A stretch of DNA of 64,000 nucleotides from Lobosporangium transversale (GCF_002105155.1 NW_019029022.1:1-64000); one strand, 5' to 3'. Shown: positions 1 to 13,714, counted from the stretch's first letter. Made by a program: numbers and translations. The notes: generated from the letters alone by a model not told the origin.

Positions 1-168
1 AGCCAAGTAAATACATATTTTGTTTGCTCGAGCGGCGAAATACATGATGTTTATCTCTATAAAAAAGGACAACTGCCGCAAGGAAAGAAAAAGAGTAAAA
101 ACATTCCTTCAATCCTTTCTCCCCTCCATCTTCTCCTTTTAAATCTTCTTTCTCTGCTTCTTGTGTAA

Positions 169-708
169 ATGGGCTTTATGAATCCAACATTTTTTGCGCT
201 AGTGCTCGCAACAATCCTCCTCATGGTGTTTATCTATCTAGGATACCGAAATAGATATCGTTTTTTCAACCGCAATAATGACCATTATCATGGCGCCCCC
301 GCCCCCACCCCTCTTGCTGTTTGTGCTACCACTGGCACTCAAGTAATGCCTCAATCGCCAATAGCGATCCAACCGGATGGTCAACCATTGTACGATCCAC
401 TGTACGCGATGGAACAAGGGCAACAGCAACAGTACTATTACCAGAACGAAGCACAGAATCAGTATACTAATGTACCTTACATGGTCATGCCTCGACCCCT
501 CGAGCCTTCTCAGCAACACACTCAACATACTCCCAACTCAGACCCAAATTTGACGCATTCTGGTACGCAGCCGCCAACACAAGAGCAACAAGGTCGTGAG
601 CAAGAACAGGTTATGAGTATGCAACAGATCCGTGAATCATCGGGTGTCTTCCTCAACCAAAATCAAAATCAAAACCAGAACCAAAACCAGATTCAGACAC
701 AGGCATAG
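169..708 (+). CDS. Hypothetical single-pass membrane protein with P/Q/Y-rich tail
   Basis: 179-aa ORF with an N-terminal hydrophobic helix (FFALVLATILLMVFIYLGY) followed by basic residues. The tail is low-complexity Q/N/P. A pyrimidine-rich leader precedes the ATG. Confidence 0.6.
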   Translation: MGFMNPTFFALVLATILLMVFIYLGYRNRYRFFNRNNDHYHGAPAPTPLAVCATTGTQVMPQSPIAIQPDGQPLYDPLYAMEQGQQQQYYYQNEAQNQYTNVPYMVMPRPLEPSQQHTQHTPNSDPNLTHSGTQPPTQEQQGREQEQVMSMQQIRESSGVFLNQNQNQNQNQNQIQTQA

Positions 709-1776
709 CTTTAGGTTCAAGCCCAGATTCTCTGTCACCACCAAATCACCCCATCTTCAGTCCAAGAGATGATAGAGATGGAGCATTAGAGGTCTTGATC
801 GTTATAATTAAAGTAAATGACAGAAGCGCCACTAATTCTGTAAACAATGCAAATGAGTGTTTCAATAGAGTCAAGGCTCTGTATCACCCTCGAGTTAACT
901 TCACCGGATATAGAACACTTTGAAAAGGCTTTGTATTTATGTATATTTCATCTACCTTATCAACATGAATGACTCTTTTCTCTATCCGGTAACTCGGTTT
1001 TTCGAAATAGTCCAATTGGAGGATATTGTGGGTACAATAAAAATGTGTGGTACTCACATAGCATTTCAATACTCATTTTGTCTGCTATGCTGATCGAATA
1101 CGGAGAAGCCAATGATGGAGATATCCCCACTAGCTGTTGGCAGGTTGTACAGAGCCTTTATGTTCTGATTGACATTATTCTCAGTCAGCTTGGGTTTTTA
1201 CAGACAAAAGAAGCCAAGGAGATCAAAAGTAAGGCACGACTTTTGTGTTGATCCTATGCAAAAGCTTCACAACGAACATATTGATCAACACAAAAAAAAA
1301 AAAAAAAAAAAAAGAGCATGAACGCGTCGGATAATTCTGCAAGCCTCCCTGCACAACGACGTAATGTCACCTCTAAGGGCGTTCTTTGATTGACATTATT
1401 TTTTCATCTCAACCATGACCCACAAGGGAAACGAGAGGCTGTTTGGGCAACTGGGTATTAAGCCTTGGGTTTTGGGCGAATCGAACCGTTGAACCTTATG
1501 AAATGTTGCAAGGAGTTTTCGAATGGGGCGTAAAATTTGGTGACACCGTGAATGGCTCTCATGTGGATTCATGTGGATGGCTTTTCTGTACCCTCTTTTT
1601 TTTTTAATCTCTTCTCTCATCTTCCTTCTCCCTGTTGTCATTTTTTTCTCTTTTCTCTCTTCCGACCGTTGCTCTCACTTTTTTCTTTTTTCCTCTTCGG
1701 CCTTCCATCTCTGAATTGCAAGCTTCTCTTTTTTTTACTCATTTCTTTTCATTCTGTCATTACAATCTCTTACATC

Positions 1777-2202
1777 ATGGAGCAACCACCCAAAAAACTT
1801 ACTGTGACGATTGTAGGAGGAGGTATCGGAGGCCTTTCATTGGCCAACATGTTTGAACAAGCAGGGATTGAATATATTATCTTGGAAAAAGCCAAGACCA
1901 TTCGAGCATTGGGTTCTTCTCTTGGATTGGATGCTTCGACTCTACGAGTGATTGAGCAATTGGGCCTCTTGGATGAGTTCATGAAGGTTTCCAAACCGGT
2001 TCGACAGTTTAATTTCTATAATGAGTCGATCCAACCCATTGGTATCGTCGATTTCTCCTGCATGACTGAGATGTAAGTTATACACCATAATTAATGTTTG
2101 TTGTCTGTATCTTTCTAACGTATAAATATCGTGTCAATCCATGCATGAAATAAACGTTATGGGAATTGCTCTCTAATCAGATGTCAAATGGAATATTCTG
2201 TC

Positions 2203-2253
<51 letters not shown>

Positions 2254-2725
2254 AGTGGTGGATATCCAGCTATTATCCTCGATCGTCCAGCGTTCTACAA
2301 CTGTTTACTTAAGAAGCTACCCAAGGAAAAAATCCTTTATGGCAAGAAGGTTGAGGACATCGAACAAGACGACAACAGTGCAACAGTGCGATGCGCTGAT
2401 GGCAGGTAAAGCTTCTTGTGTTGCAACTTTGATGATGCTTACACAGAAAAGCCCTCTGAAAAATTGGAGAGACGTGCTTAATGCTACCAACCTGAACAAC
2501 ATGTCACTAAAATCTTTGCATTGGCTTTTTGGCCACCTTTGCTTCTTTTTTTTTTTTTTTTTTTTTTTTTCCTTTCTGATAGCTCCTATACAAGTGATAT
2601 CGTTATTGGTGCAGATGGAGCTTATTCCGCTGTTCGACGCAACATTTACAGTACCCTTAATACGAAAGGTTTGCTTCCTCTTAGCGATGCTCAACCGTTG
2701 AGCTTTGACCAACATTGTCTCGGTA

Positions 2726-2761
<36 letters not shown>

Positions 2762-3867
2762 AATTAAAGGCACAATCCACACACATTGTAATCATTATTT
2801 TATTAATTGGGGTATATTTTCAAATGGATAGTGGGAGTTAGTGCGCCGATAGATCCCAAGGATGATGAGATGCTTCGAAGAGAGACCTGCGATTTTGAGA
2901 TTGTCATTCCAAAGACCGATCCTTTCTATGTAACGTCCATCATGCTTTTCTTTTTTTTTTTTTTTTTTTTTTTTTTGCAGATCAGTAAAATAGCCGATGT
3001 ACATATGCCATCTAACTCAAACATTTCTTCTAACTTTTTGCTTCATGCCGTAAATGTATACAAATATGTATTTATAGGCTATCTATATGCCTCTTCCTGG
3101 TAACCGTCTCTCATGGGCGGTTATTCATAATGTTCCTCGAGCAGAGGCTCTGGAAGGAGAGGCGAGGTTATCAGAGTGGGGTCCCGAGGCGTCCTCCGAG
3201 ATGATTGAGTTTGTACGACACCAGCGTAGCCCTCTCAAGGGAAAGACATTGGGCGATATCATTGATATGACAGACAAGAGCCTCATCTCTAAGATTGCGC
3301 TTGAAGAAAAGTACTTTCAAACATGGTATCATGGACGTGTTGTCCTTTTAGGCGATGGTATGTCTTTTTTTTTGACGTTTTGACGTTTTGACGTTTTGAC
3401 TTTTTGGCTTTTTGACTTTTTAAGTCGTCTATTTGACTAATTTTTTTTTTTTTTGACAGCCTGTCACAAGGTTAGCATGATCCACTAATTTACTAATTTA
3501 TGGTAGCAACTTATAGTACATCTTCACTGGATTTTGTGTATTGACTGAGCGCTTTTCCTTTTGTTGCTTTTTTGTCTTTTTTTTATCTTTCAACAAATAG
3601 GTTGTGCCTAGCGCTGGATTGGGAGCCAATTTGGCTATCTTGGATGGAGTGCATCTGTGCAATCTTCTTGTGGATATGCCTTCACCTACACGCGAGAATA
3701 TCTCCTTGATCTTTGAAAACTATTTTGAAAAGAGATCCAAGATCGCACAGGATGCATTGAATAACGCTCGTCAATTTGGCAAGATCATGTCGAACAAGGT
3801 AAACAAAGAGAAAATATTAATGCAAATAATAAAAATGAACGATATATCAGTCGTTAGAAATACAAAC

Positions 3868-3904
<37 letters not shown>

Positions 3905-4115
3905 TACCTTACAACATACTTAGGGTATTATGGCGGATGTTGTTCGTAAGGTCTTCTTGAATTATATTCCCGACTGGATGACACGTTGGTCTAACGCACA
4001 GCGCCTGCAGTACCGTCCGCAGCTGCACTTTTTGCCCGAAGTGCCAGACCGTGGATCAAGCAAGCCTCAGCCTCCAGAGCCACGAATGTTTGTTTCAGTC
4101 CAAGCAGCATCCTAA
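1777..4115 (+). CDS. FAD-dependent monooxygenase (FAD_binding_3 / group A flavin hydroxylase), 8 exons
   Basis: Motifs GGGIGG, IGADG and LLGDACHK are present. Exons 1777-2072, 2256-2405, 2583-2722, 2832-2929, 3078-3357, 3460-3470, 3601-3798 and 3924-4115 join in frame with GT-AG introns. Confidence 0.9.
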
Positions 4116-4626
4116 TTATGTAATAATAATCTTTATTTCTACATAAACAACTACTATATTTATATCATCTATACCCCCTCCTCTCATCTGTCGAATAAAA
4201 AAGATGCATTGTGTGAGCTTCATGCAGAAAGTCGAAAACCATCCTGAACCCCTTAACTTAATCAATTTTTATAAACGCGCGCCAGTGAATCGCGTCCACG
4301 GCATGGTTTTAGTTGCGACACGTTCTCAAGAGTCAAATTTTCCCTGGTTCCAAAGAGATTACTCTCCCTTTCCCTCCAAAAACACAAGCACTTACACCTT
4401 CTACCTTCTCATTTCATACTTTATTTTCTTTTCACTTCAGTTCAATTGATCTCTTCAGACCTCGATTGAAGTATACATTGGGTAAAATCAAGTAGATGCA
4501 AAGATGACATTTTCTGCATTCTACGCTTACTTATCATTTCACCGCTTATTGACTTTTTATTTATTTATTTATTTTCTTCATACCTAAAGCTAGAGGGAAG
4601 ACGTATTAAGGAATCACTTTTTGCGA

Positions 4627-5997
4627 ATGGCAACCTTCAATCGTACCAGGGCCATTTGGCTTCTGGCACTTGCAACCTTGGTGTTAACTTTCATTACCTT
4701 GGTCCATGCACACAAGAATGGTCATGGGCACAGTCATAGCATTCCAAAAGACCATGTTCATGCCAATGTTGATCCCGAGAAAGCAGGTGGATGCCCTTTC
4801 CATGGCGCATCGGATGAGAAGGAGCAAATGTATCATGCTTTGCCTATCTATGATAAGGATGGAAACTTGGTAGGCTCTGGAGTGGAGCATGGTTATGACA
4901 CAGTGACGAATAGTCGGATGAAGGCTATATTTGCGTTCTTGTTCCCAGGATCACCCATGGTCAACTCATTGTTGGGTACGACGTATATTTCCTTGATCCC
5001 CAACCTGTTGCTATACTTTGTTCCTCCAGATATCAAACCTGAATCATTGAATACATTAGTAGCATTTGCGGTTGGTGGTCTATTGGGCGATGTATTCTTA
5101 CATCTGTTACCTCATTCGTTTATGGGGGAGGTCCATACAGGCGATGTAGTGACAGCGAACGAGACCAAGAATGTGGTGGTTGGGTTCGGCATCTTTGTAG
5201 GCTTCTTTGGATTCTTCTGTCTTGATAAGATCATGCGAGTTTTGAGCGGTGGAGAAGGAGGACATAGTCATAGCCACGGTCATGACCATGGTCACGCCCA
5301 TAGCAAGAAGGTCGATAGTGAGAACGAGCATGATCATGATCATGAGCACAAAGACAAGGACTCAGGTTTGCGTCAACGTAAAAACAATGCTGCTAAAGAT
5401 CAGGACACTACTGGAGACAAAACCAAGGTCGAAGGTGAAGGAAAGGACAAGAAGGAGATTTCGAACAGTATCAAATTATCAGCCTATTTGAACTTGATCG
5501 CAGATGCGACCCACAACTTCACAGACGGGTTGGCCATGGCAGCATCCTTCTACACTTCACCAGCCATTGGAGCGACTACGACAGTTGCGGTATTCTTTCA
5601 TGAGATCCCACATGAGGTAGGAGATTATGCGATTTTGATCCAATCCGGTTTCCCGCGTAGCAAGGCTATGATGTCTCAATTTGTGACCGCAATTGGAGCC
5701 TATTTGGGTACCTTAGCTGGTATTGCTATTGAAGAGATGAGCAAAGCCGGAGGAGATCCAGCATTGGGAGAAGAAAAATTGGCACTATTCGGGTTTGAAA
5801 GTATCCCGATGCGAGCAGGTGATCTTGTGATCCCATTCACTGCAGGAGGATTCTTGTATATTGCCACTGTTGGGGTCATTCCAGAGCTGTTGACGGTCAC
5901 TGGCAAGTTTGCAAAGGATGCTCGACAATTTGGATCGGAAGTGATTGCAATGTTGATTGGTGTTGGTATGATGGTTGTGATTGCATTGAACGAATAA
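4627..5997 (+). CDS. YKE4: ZIP-family zinc transporter, ZIP7/KE4/Yke4 type
   Basis: Intronless ORF with a signal peptide and His-rich loops. It carries LLGDVFLHLLPH, LNLIADATHNFTDG and the LIV-1-type HEIPHEVGD motif. Confidence 0.92.
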   Translation: MATFNRTRAIWLLALATLVLTFITLVHAHKNGHGHSHSIPKDHVHANVDPEKAGGCPFHGASDEKEQMYHALPIYDKDGNLVGSGVEHGYDTVTNSRMKAIFAFLFPGSPMVNSLLGTTYISLIPNLLLYFVPPDIKPESLNTLVAFAVGGLLGDVFLHLLPHSFMGEVHTGDVVTANETKNVVVGFGIFVGFFGFFCLDKIMRVLSGGEGGHSHSHGHDHGHAHSKKVDSENEHDHDHEHKDKDSGLRQRKNNAAKDQDTTGDKTKVEGEGKDKKEISNSIKLSAYLNLIADATHNFTDGLAMAASFYTSPAIGATTTVAVFFHEIPHEVGDYAILIQSGFPRSKAMMSQFVTAIGAYLGTLAGIAIEEMSKAGGDPALGEEKLALFGFESIPMRAGDLVIPFTAGGFLYIATVGVIPELLTVTGKFAKDARQFGSEVIAMLIGVGMMVVIALNE

Positions 5998-6496
5998 TAG
6001 AAAAGGTTTGCCTACAAGTAGTTTGCAACAAATACCATTACTATTTATTTATTTACAATGTAGCTTTCATGTCTATTACGTTGTCCTTTTTCTTTTATAC
6101 TTCTTATACTTCACAGTAAAAGCTTGTAAATCCGTTGGTCATCGAAAGAGGATGAGGCATGTGATCTGCTTCATATGCTAAAGATACAAACAATTGTTCG
6201 TTACTTTGCACTATTTGGGTGTAATTATAGAAAATTCGATCATGACTTTTTTGGTGGAAATGGAAATGGGGCGTTTTTTCTTATTCTGCTCTTATTGGAT
6301 GGGATGCACGAAGAGTGCCCACGGTCTTTTCATCTTCGACCTTAATATAAAAGGTATAAAAGGGAGGGTAATGAGACAAAGTCAGGAACAACATTCTTCT
6401 TCCTCCACTTTCCCATCAACTCATTCCTTTTTCCTCATTCCTTTTTCCTTTTTTATTTTCTCAAACAGACACACACACATAAAACAGTTGTTCAAT

Positions 6497-7763
6497 ATGT
6501 CTATGACCAATGCTAACTTCCCTATGGACGCTGAAGGGCGTACCTAGTAAGTATTTCTTGCCCCTTTTTTATTTTTTTATTTTCTTACTTTTTTTGATTT
6601 TCCTCATATAATTTATTAATTCATCCTCACCTTAATGGGGCTTATTCTCTTTAATAGCCATGTCGGTGTCAAGCATGGAGAGCTGGCAAATAGGATCGTG
6701 ACGGTTGGAGATCCAGCTCGTGCAATTATTCTTTCTCGTTCTTTAGACGGTGTGGATTTAGAAAATACGCCTGCAAAGACTATTCCTGCCAACCTCTTTA
6801 GCCTTTCTTCCCATCGTGGATTCTTGACAATCACCGGAACTTATAAAGGCGTCCCTGTCTCTATTGTTGCCATTGGTAAGGTTGCTGTTGTTGTTGTTAA
6901 TCAATGATATGATGATTTAGTAATGACGGAGATGGTATTCGCGGGTAACTTTTTTTTTTGTAACAAACTAATTTTCATTGAAAAATTAAAAAAAATTAGG
7001 AATGGGTATTTCCATGATGGATTTTTTTGTGCGCGAGTGCAGAGCTGTTGTGGATGGACCAATGATCATCATTCGTTTAGGATCCTGCGGTTCCCTGTCG
7101 AATGCAGCAGTTGGTGACGTCTGTGTGCCCTCTGGATCATATCTTGTTCAACGTAACGTCAACTATTTTGCAGATCACGACCATAGTAGCGATGAAGAAA
7201 TTGACAGCAGCGATAAAGGGACGCCCTATAGTTTCTCCAAGGTGTTTAAAGCAGATCCAGAGATTACACGTACATTGGTGAAAAATTTGAAGGCTCAACT
7301 GGGAGAGAACCATATCTGGTCAGGAATCAATGCTACAGCGGATTCGTTTTATTCTTCACAGGGTCGTCAGGACGAGAATTTTGTGGATGTGAACCAAACT
7401 TTGTTTGAAGAGTTGCTCAAGCATGAACCCAACACGATGACATTAGAGATGGAGACATTTGTGCTGTACCATTTAGCCAAAACATCAACGAGTGCACCCC
7501 TTATTCGCATGAACAAGAGTAATGGCAATGGCAATAGCAATGGTATGGAAAATGGCAGCAAAAAGAAGAAGAGCAACAGCATTCGTGCAGGTGCTTGTAT
7601 GATGGTGTTTGCGCAACGCATCACGAATGATTTCATTACAAAGGAAGATATTGCGAGGGTGGAGCCTATGGTGGGCAAAGTTATCTTTGACTCGTTGGTT
7701 GAGCTTCCATTAGATAGTAATGATGGGTTGCGCCCTAACGCAGATGGTGCTTGGGAGAAGTAA
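6497..7763 (+). CDS. Nucleoside phosphorylase, NP-I / uridine phosphorylase-like (PNP_UDP_1), 3 exons
   Basis: Motifs VGDPARA, RGFLTITGTYKG, IIRLGSCG, DSFYSSQGR and EMET are present. Exons are 6497-6546, 6658-6875 and 7000-7763. Confidence 0.88.
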
Positions 7764-9596
7764 CAGTAACAATATAATAATTTATAATAGCAATAACAAC
7801 AAAAAAGTTTGTGTTCAGGTGTATAGAAATAAAATGTGTACCTCATTACTTTTGTCACGAAATTTCAATGTTTGTTCTCATGCGTTCGTATGGGGGTATG
7901 CTATAATATTTATTAACCGATGAACAACAGGGCATCTTGTATTTTTAGTCAAGAGTTTAATTTCTCCACACGACAAATGGCATATATATTTATACAAGTT
8001 ATTTATGCTTAGTCCCTGACAGAAAACAGTGCACAATGCGATGATCTGATTGATGTGAATTAAACATTGATTCAGTCGTCATCTTGCGCAATATAATGAA
8101 GGACCTTTTTTTTTTTTTTTTTTTTTTTTTGGATGGATAAAGAAAACTTTTTTTTTTTAATGTTCAAAGAGAAAATCTCGAAAAGAAGGACATGGTAACA
8201 AGGGTATATATACATGCATCCCCCCCATGTAGAAAAAAGTCACTCATTTCATGCACAAGTATAAATTAGATATTTATCATGGCACATGAGAAAAAAAACA
8301 TATTGAGCGGCCAAGAGGCGAAAAAAAATTAATTCCGTGTTTTTCCTGTTGTGCAACACTGGCGAAAACTGTCATTGGCTGTATGTAGGCCAATGAGAGC
8401 CACTTTTTTTATTACATGTATTACAGAAAAGGCCGTGGTAAAAAAAAAAAATGAACATTTTCAATTGTAGCATCCTTGCGTGCGGCGGTGCATGATTACG
8501 TGCAAAACAATAAAAAAAAAAAAAAAAAAAAGAAATGGAAGAATTCAGAGAGCCTTCATTCACATCAAGTCTCTTTTGGGAGATACGTGTGAAAAAGAGT
8601 GAAGTATGATGCAAAAATCAAGAAAAAAAAAAAAAGACTTATTCGAACCAGTCAATAGAAGATGTGGCTACAGGAAGTTAGTTGGCTTTTTCACCATCGA
8701 ACTGACATATTCTTCACCTTTGCGTAGTCCTTTTTTTTTTTCTTTGCTTCCATCAGTTCATATTTACAGATTAATGATGGTAATCATTGGCTCACACATT
8801 TCTGGACTGGATCTAATTCCCGCTCGTCTTTAATAGGGTGCATATTGTCTCCAGTTTTTTTTTTAGGCTCCTTACGGCAGAGGATGAATATTCGGATTTT
8901 ACTCCGTTTGATAGGCATTCTTTTTAGGCTTTGAACAAGCTTCATCGGGTTTTCAAGCATATGTATATATAATATATGTGAGCCAACACCCCAAGTATAT
9001 ACACACGTAGACTACCTTTGGTTAAAGGCAAAGCATGATATATAAAATGCAACAATCTAGACCATAAAGAAAAAAAAAAATGCGGGGCAACATAAGAGAG
9101 TTTCGATCAATACATGGTTAATGCTTAGTGCATGATGTAAACGTTAGCTTGGAAGACTTAGGAGAGGAACTTGATTCTGCACTATCACCAACAAAAAACC
9201 TCCAAAAGAAAACTCTGTTTATTGGCAGTGTCATAAGTGTAACTAAACAATAGATATTCTTGCAATGCTAGGAATACTGCAATCAATATCTGTTTCTAAT
9301 CCTCTCCCATCACCATCAACAATTAGACTAGCACTTATCTCTCTTCTTTTTCCTCTCATACTCTTTTCCTTGGAACAATTTTGCACATAAGAAGTATGGA
9401 TTATTCTTCCTCACCGAGAAAAAAGCCAAGCTTTTCAAGGAAACAAGGGTGGGAGAAAGAAAGATCAGACTTCCAACGTGGCGTACGAAGTTGGAAGTAT
9501 ATGCCTCCACTTTTTTGATTAGAGAGGCCGAACGGACATTAGACCCTTTCCTCGCCCTTTGCTCGATGGGAAAATTATTGCTGTTACTAAAAGCGG

Positions 9597-9632
<36 letters not shown>

Positions 9633-10334
9633 CCTTCTTGGCTCTAACTTTGGCCTAAAAAAGTCCTTGACCCCGAGTAGATTCAGAAAGCGCGACTTAG
9701 AGTTGAGTCCAGTTATGCATACTGCTGTGGGCGGGCTGTAAGAATTTCATATGACTTTTTTCTTTTTTTTGTTAACAGCTCGATTGCTTCCTACAAAACT
9801 CACCTCAACTCTTCTCTTTGAATGCTGTCAACAAAAATAAAAATAAGAAAGAAAGGCTTTCTCAACAGGGCAACTTACTCCAAACCGAGTAAAATTAAAC
9901 ATGAAATGGGGTGCATATCTAGGAATGAATGTATGTGTACACGTAAGGAGATACAAATCAGGTAACCTTGACTTAAAAGTTCTTGACTAATTATATTTAT
10001 TGGCTTGGGACACTCAAATTCATGACATATGGCAATTCAAACATTTGTTCCTGGAGTTCTACATCCATTTTGTCCCGTCCACTCTCGTTGATCAGTCAGT
10101 ATTTATTATATTAAGTCTCCACCCTTTTTTTTTTTTTTTTTTTTTTCTTTTTCTTTTTCCCTCTTTTTAGGCATCTGTCTAGATCCCCCACACTTTGCTG
10201 TCAATTCTTAAAGAATTTATCCATTACTCCTCCTATTTCCATCCTTCTCTCTCTCCGCTTCTCTTATCATTCTCCTCTAATCCGTCTCTCCCTTCATTTG
10301 TTCACACTTCTCACATACAACTTCTACTAAAACA

Positions 10335-10921
10335 ATGTCCCTCAAAAAACCAACATCCCTCCACATGGAGGATCAAAAAGTAGATCCAGATCATCACAAA
10401 CCATCATCAGATTATGAAGAAGACAGAGAACAACAAATGGAAGAACTCGAGGACCTTGACGCAGCCTCTCAACGTTCATACCATGGCCGCTTTGCATTTT
10501 ATTATCGACATACCAAAGTTTGGAGCCATTTACTTTTCTTTTTGATCTGCACAGGTCTCTTTGTGCCCGCAGCGGTCCTTCACAAAAGTGGAAACCTGCT
10601 AGTCCTCTCACTGTTGTATGGGGCCATTGTGTGGTGGATTGCACTTCAACATTTACCCTCTGGAATGGCTTCAAAACCAGTATCGATTCTCTGGAATGGA
10701 GGTGCAAGATTAATCAACATGATGCCTAGCTTAGGTGTCAAGGTGATCGGCTATGGCATTCCACCCTTGGCCTTGATCTTAACTGCAGCGCTAAGATCGG
10801 ATGACGCCCATGGTACCCGTGCCCAACGTTTGATCTCCTGCTTGGGGTTGGTGGTCCTCTTATTGGTTACCATTGCCTTCTCCAAGGTAAATTGTTGTGC
10901 ATTTCCACAATTTTCATCATC

Positions 10922-10953
<32 letters not shown>

Positions 10954-12516
10954 ATGAACAGCATCTACTATGGGATAAGATGTTCGATCAAATTGCCCTT
11001 TGGCCTGCTAATGTATTTTTAGTACCAGCACAATGATGCCAACAATTAGTTTAGTCCTTTGTTTTGTAAAATTCTTTTTCTTAGTCCTCTATTGTTGACT
11101 ACCTCATTAGTTCATGTTTCTCATGAAGGACATGTGCCGATGAGGCATGAATTACATTTCGACTACATGCACTCTCTTCCTCTTTTCCTTTTTTTTTTTT
11201 TTTTTTTTTTTGTATCACACGGCCTTGTTTATTTGTTTGAAGCACAGACTTCTTTTTTTTCTAGTCACCACGCGACTATGCAATCTAAACATACATGTCA
11301 ACGTATTTGATTACTTACTGCGTGCTCCAATTACATTACGTTACTCCCATAGAATCGCAAGGCCATTTCCTGGAGAATCGTGTGGACTGGAATCTTTATG
11401 CAATATATTCTTGCTCTTCTCATCATCCGCTGGAGTGTTGGTTACCAAATCTTCCAATTTATTGCTCAGCAGGCCGAAAACTTCCTTAGTTATGCTTCTC
11501 AGGGTCGCGAGTTCATTTTTGGACCCAACTCTGTGGTAGTAAATGATGTACCCTGGCCTTTAGCTAGTTCCTTCGCTGTCTCAGTCTTACCAGCCATCAT
11601 TCTGTTCGCTGCTGTCATCCAGTGCTTGTACTATTATAACATTGTCCAGTCTGTGGTTGCCACCATGGCCTCGCTTGTCATTCACATTATTGATATCTCT
11701 GGTGTCGAATGTGTGGCTGCATGTGCTGCTCCATTTGTGGGAATGTCCGAGGCCTCTATGTTGGTCGGTCCCTTCGTCTCAGAGATGACTGAGGCAGAGT
11801 TGCATCAGGTCTTGACCTCTGGTTTCGCCACCATCTCCGGCTCTGTTTTCTTGGGTCTTTTGTCTTTCGGAGCTGACGCGACTGCTCTTTTGACCTGTTG
11901 TATGATGTCTGTTCCTTGTGCCATCGTCATCTCCAAAATTCGCTACCCTGAGGTAGAAGTCCCTCTTACGAAGGGAACTGCTGTGGCTCCAGCTTATAAG
12001 GATCGTGAATCAAATGCCATCCATGCTATCTCGAACGGAGCCATCTTTGGTATCAAGCTCTGCATCGTCATCGTTGCTGTGCTCTTGGCAGTCATTTCGC
12101 TTTTAGGTCTGGCGAACGGTTTATTGGGCTGGATCTTTGGTTTCTATGGCGTGGAGATTTCGATTGAGAAGATCGCATCTTGGGTATTGTACCCTCTGGC
12201 TTGGTTGATTGGTATTCCAACTCAGGATTTGACTCCAGCAGCTGAGGCCATGGGTATCAAGTTCATTCTAAACGAATTTGCAGCCTTTGCCCAGTTCACG
12301 AAGATTCAACATACATTGAATCCCCGTACGGCTTTGTTGACGACCTACGCAATGGCCTCATTCGCCAATGTTGGTTCCATTGGTACTCAAATCTCCTTGT
12401 TCTTGACCTTGGCACCTGACCGTGCTGATGCGATCGCTCGTCTGTCCTTCTCGGCCTGTATGGCCGGCGCTGTTTCAACTTTGATCTCTGCCTGCATTGC
12501 TGGCATTGTTTCTTAA
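10335..12516 (+). CDS. CNT: Concentrative nucleoside transporter (CNT/SLC28), 2 exons
   Basis: Motifs PFVGMSEA, SGFATISGSV, KFILNEFAAF and FANVGSIG are present, with many TM helices. Exons are 10335-10886 and 11353-12516. Confidence 0.92.
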
Positions 12517-13714
12517 AAAGAAACAAAGCATTAAAAAAAAAAAAAAAAAAAAAAAAAAGATGAGGTTCAGGGAAATTCTCGAGAATCTTTTTTTTTAATG
12601 ATATTTATAAACATGCTGTGCATTTGTGTATACTATGATCTCTAATCCAAAATACCTTTAAACAATTTTATGCACTAATAAACAACATCAAAAAAAGACT
12701 CTTCATTCTTAATACTTCCATACATGTCATACACCCCCCGTTTATGCTGATATTTTGCGTAAAAAGTTATTCCGTCCAACGACCATGATAGTCATTTTTC
12801 ATGTTTATGTCCCAGCATTGCAATGTAATTGAATCATCGCGTCAAGAGACAAAAGACAATAAAAGTAGAGATGTACTAAGATGGAGTACATTTGTGGAAC
12901 GTGCTGATGGGTAATTTTGATGTTTTTTCTTTTCTTTTTTTTTTTTTTTTTTTTGTTCAGAAAGGAAGACCGAGGCCGTTCTGGTTCTGCATCTCGTGTT
13001 ACCAAAGAAGGAGAGAAAAAAAAGAAATTCAGATCCGAGGGGGTCGCATGGACCATATCCCTTTCTCCTACGTCTATAGGTCTGGACCGACCTTTTTTTT
13101 TTTTTTGATGCATTAATGGAGCCCAACTGCCTAAATCAGCAGAAAATCTAATTTCTCAAAAGATGGTGACCGAGATTCTGCCTCAACAACAACAACAACA
13201 ACAACAACCGTAAACCATTTTATGTACATTCAGTATCCCCTCCGAACTTCGATCGAGATGATTATGCCCACGCGACTACTTTCTTTCAGCAAGACAAAAA
13301 GGTGCCACCAGCTTGGTTGGAAATGTATACAAATAGGGCCCATAAATACAACATTGAGGTACACTCACCTTTGTTTAGTAATTGTTTTGTAGATCGATTG
13401 GCAACCTTTTTCTCAATCAGATTAAATTATCATGCTTCTATCAATTTCTTCAGAGATGTATTGTTTTTTTATTTATTCTCACACGCTTTTCTTCATTGGG
13501 TATACCATGTGCCTCATATAAAATATTTATATATAAGCTCTTACTATTCCTTTCCTTTCTCAAGCCTCTTCCTTCTTTTCTTCTTTCTCTGCTGAACCTT
13601 CCTCGGCTTTTTTTTTTTTTTTTTTTTTTTTTTTTTCGCTTCACTTCTTCCCCTTCTCCGCCTTGGCACCCTCTCAAAAACATCTGCTGCTCTTTCTATC
13701 TTAAAAAACTCAAC

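Noticed and set aside
9160..9200. gaacttgat resembling the TPP riboswitch core, upstream of the CNT gene
   Set aside because: The preceding CUGAGA and the following GGxTAATxCCxGCG elements are missing.
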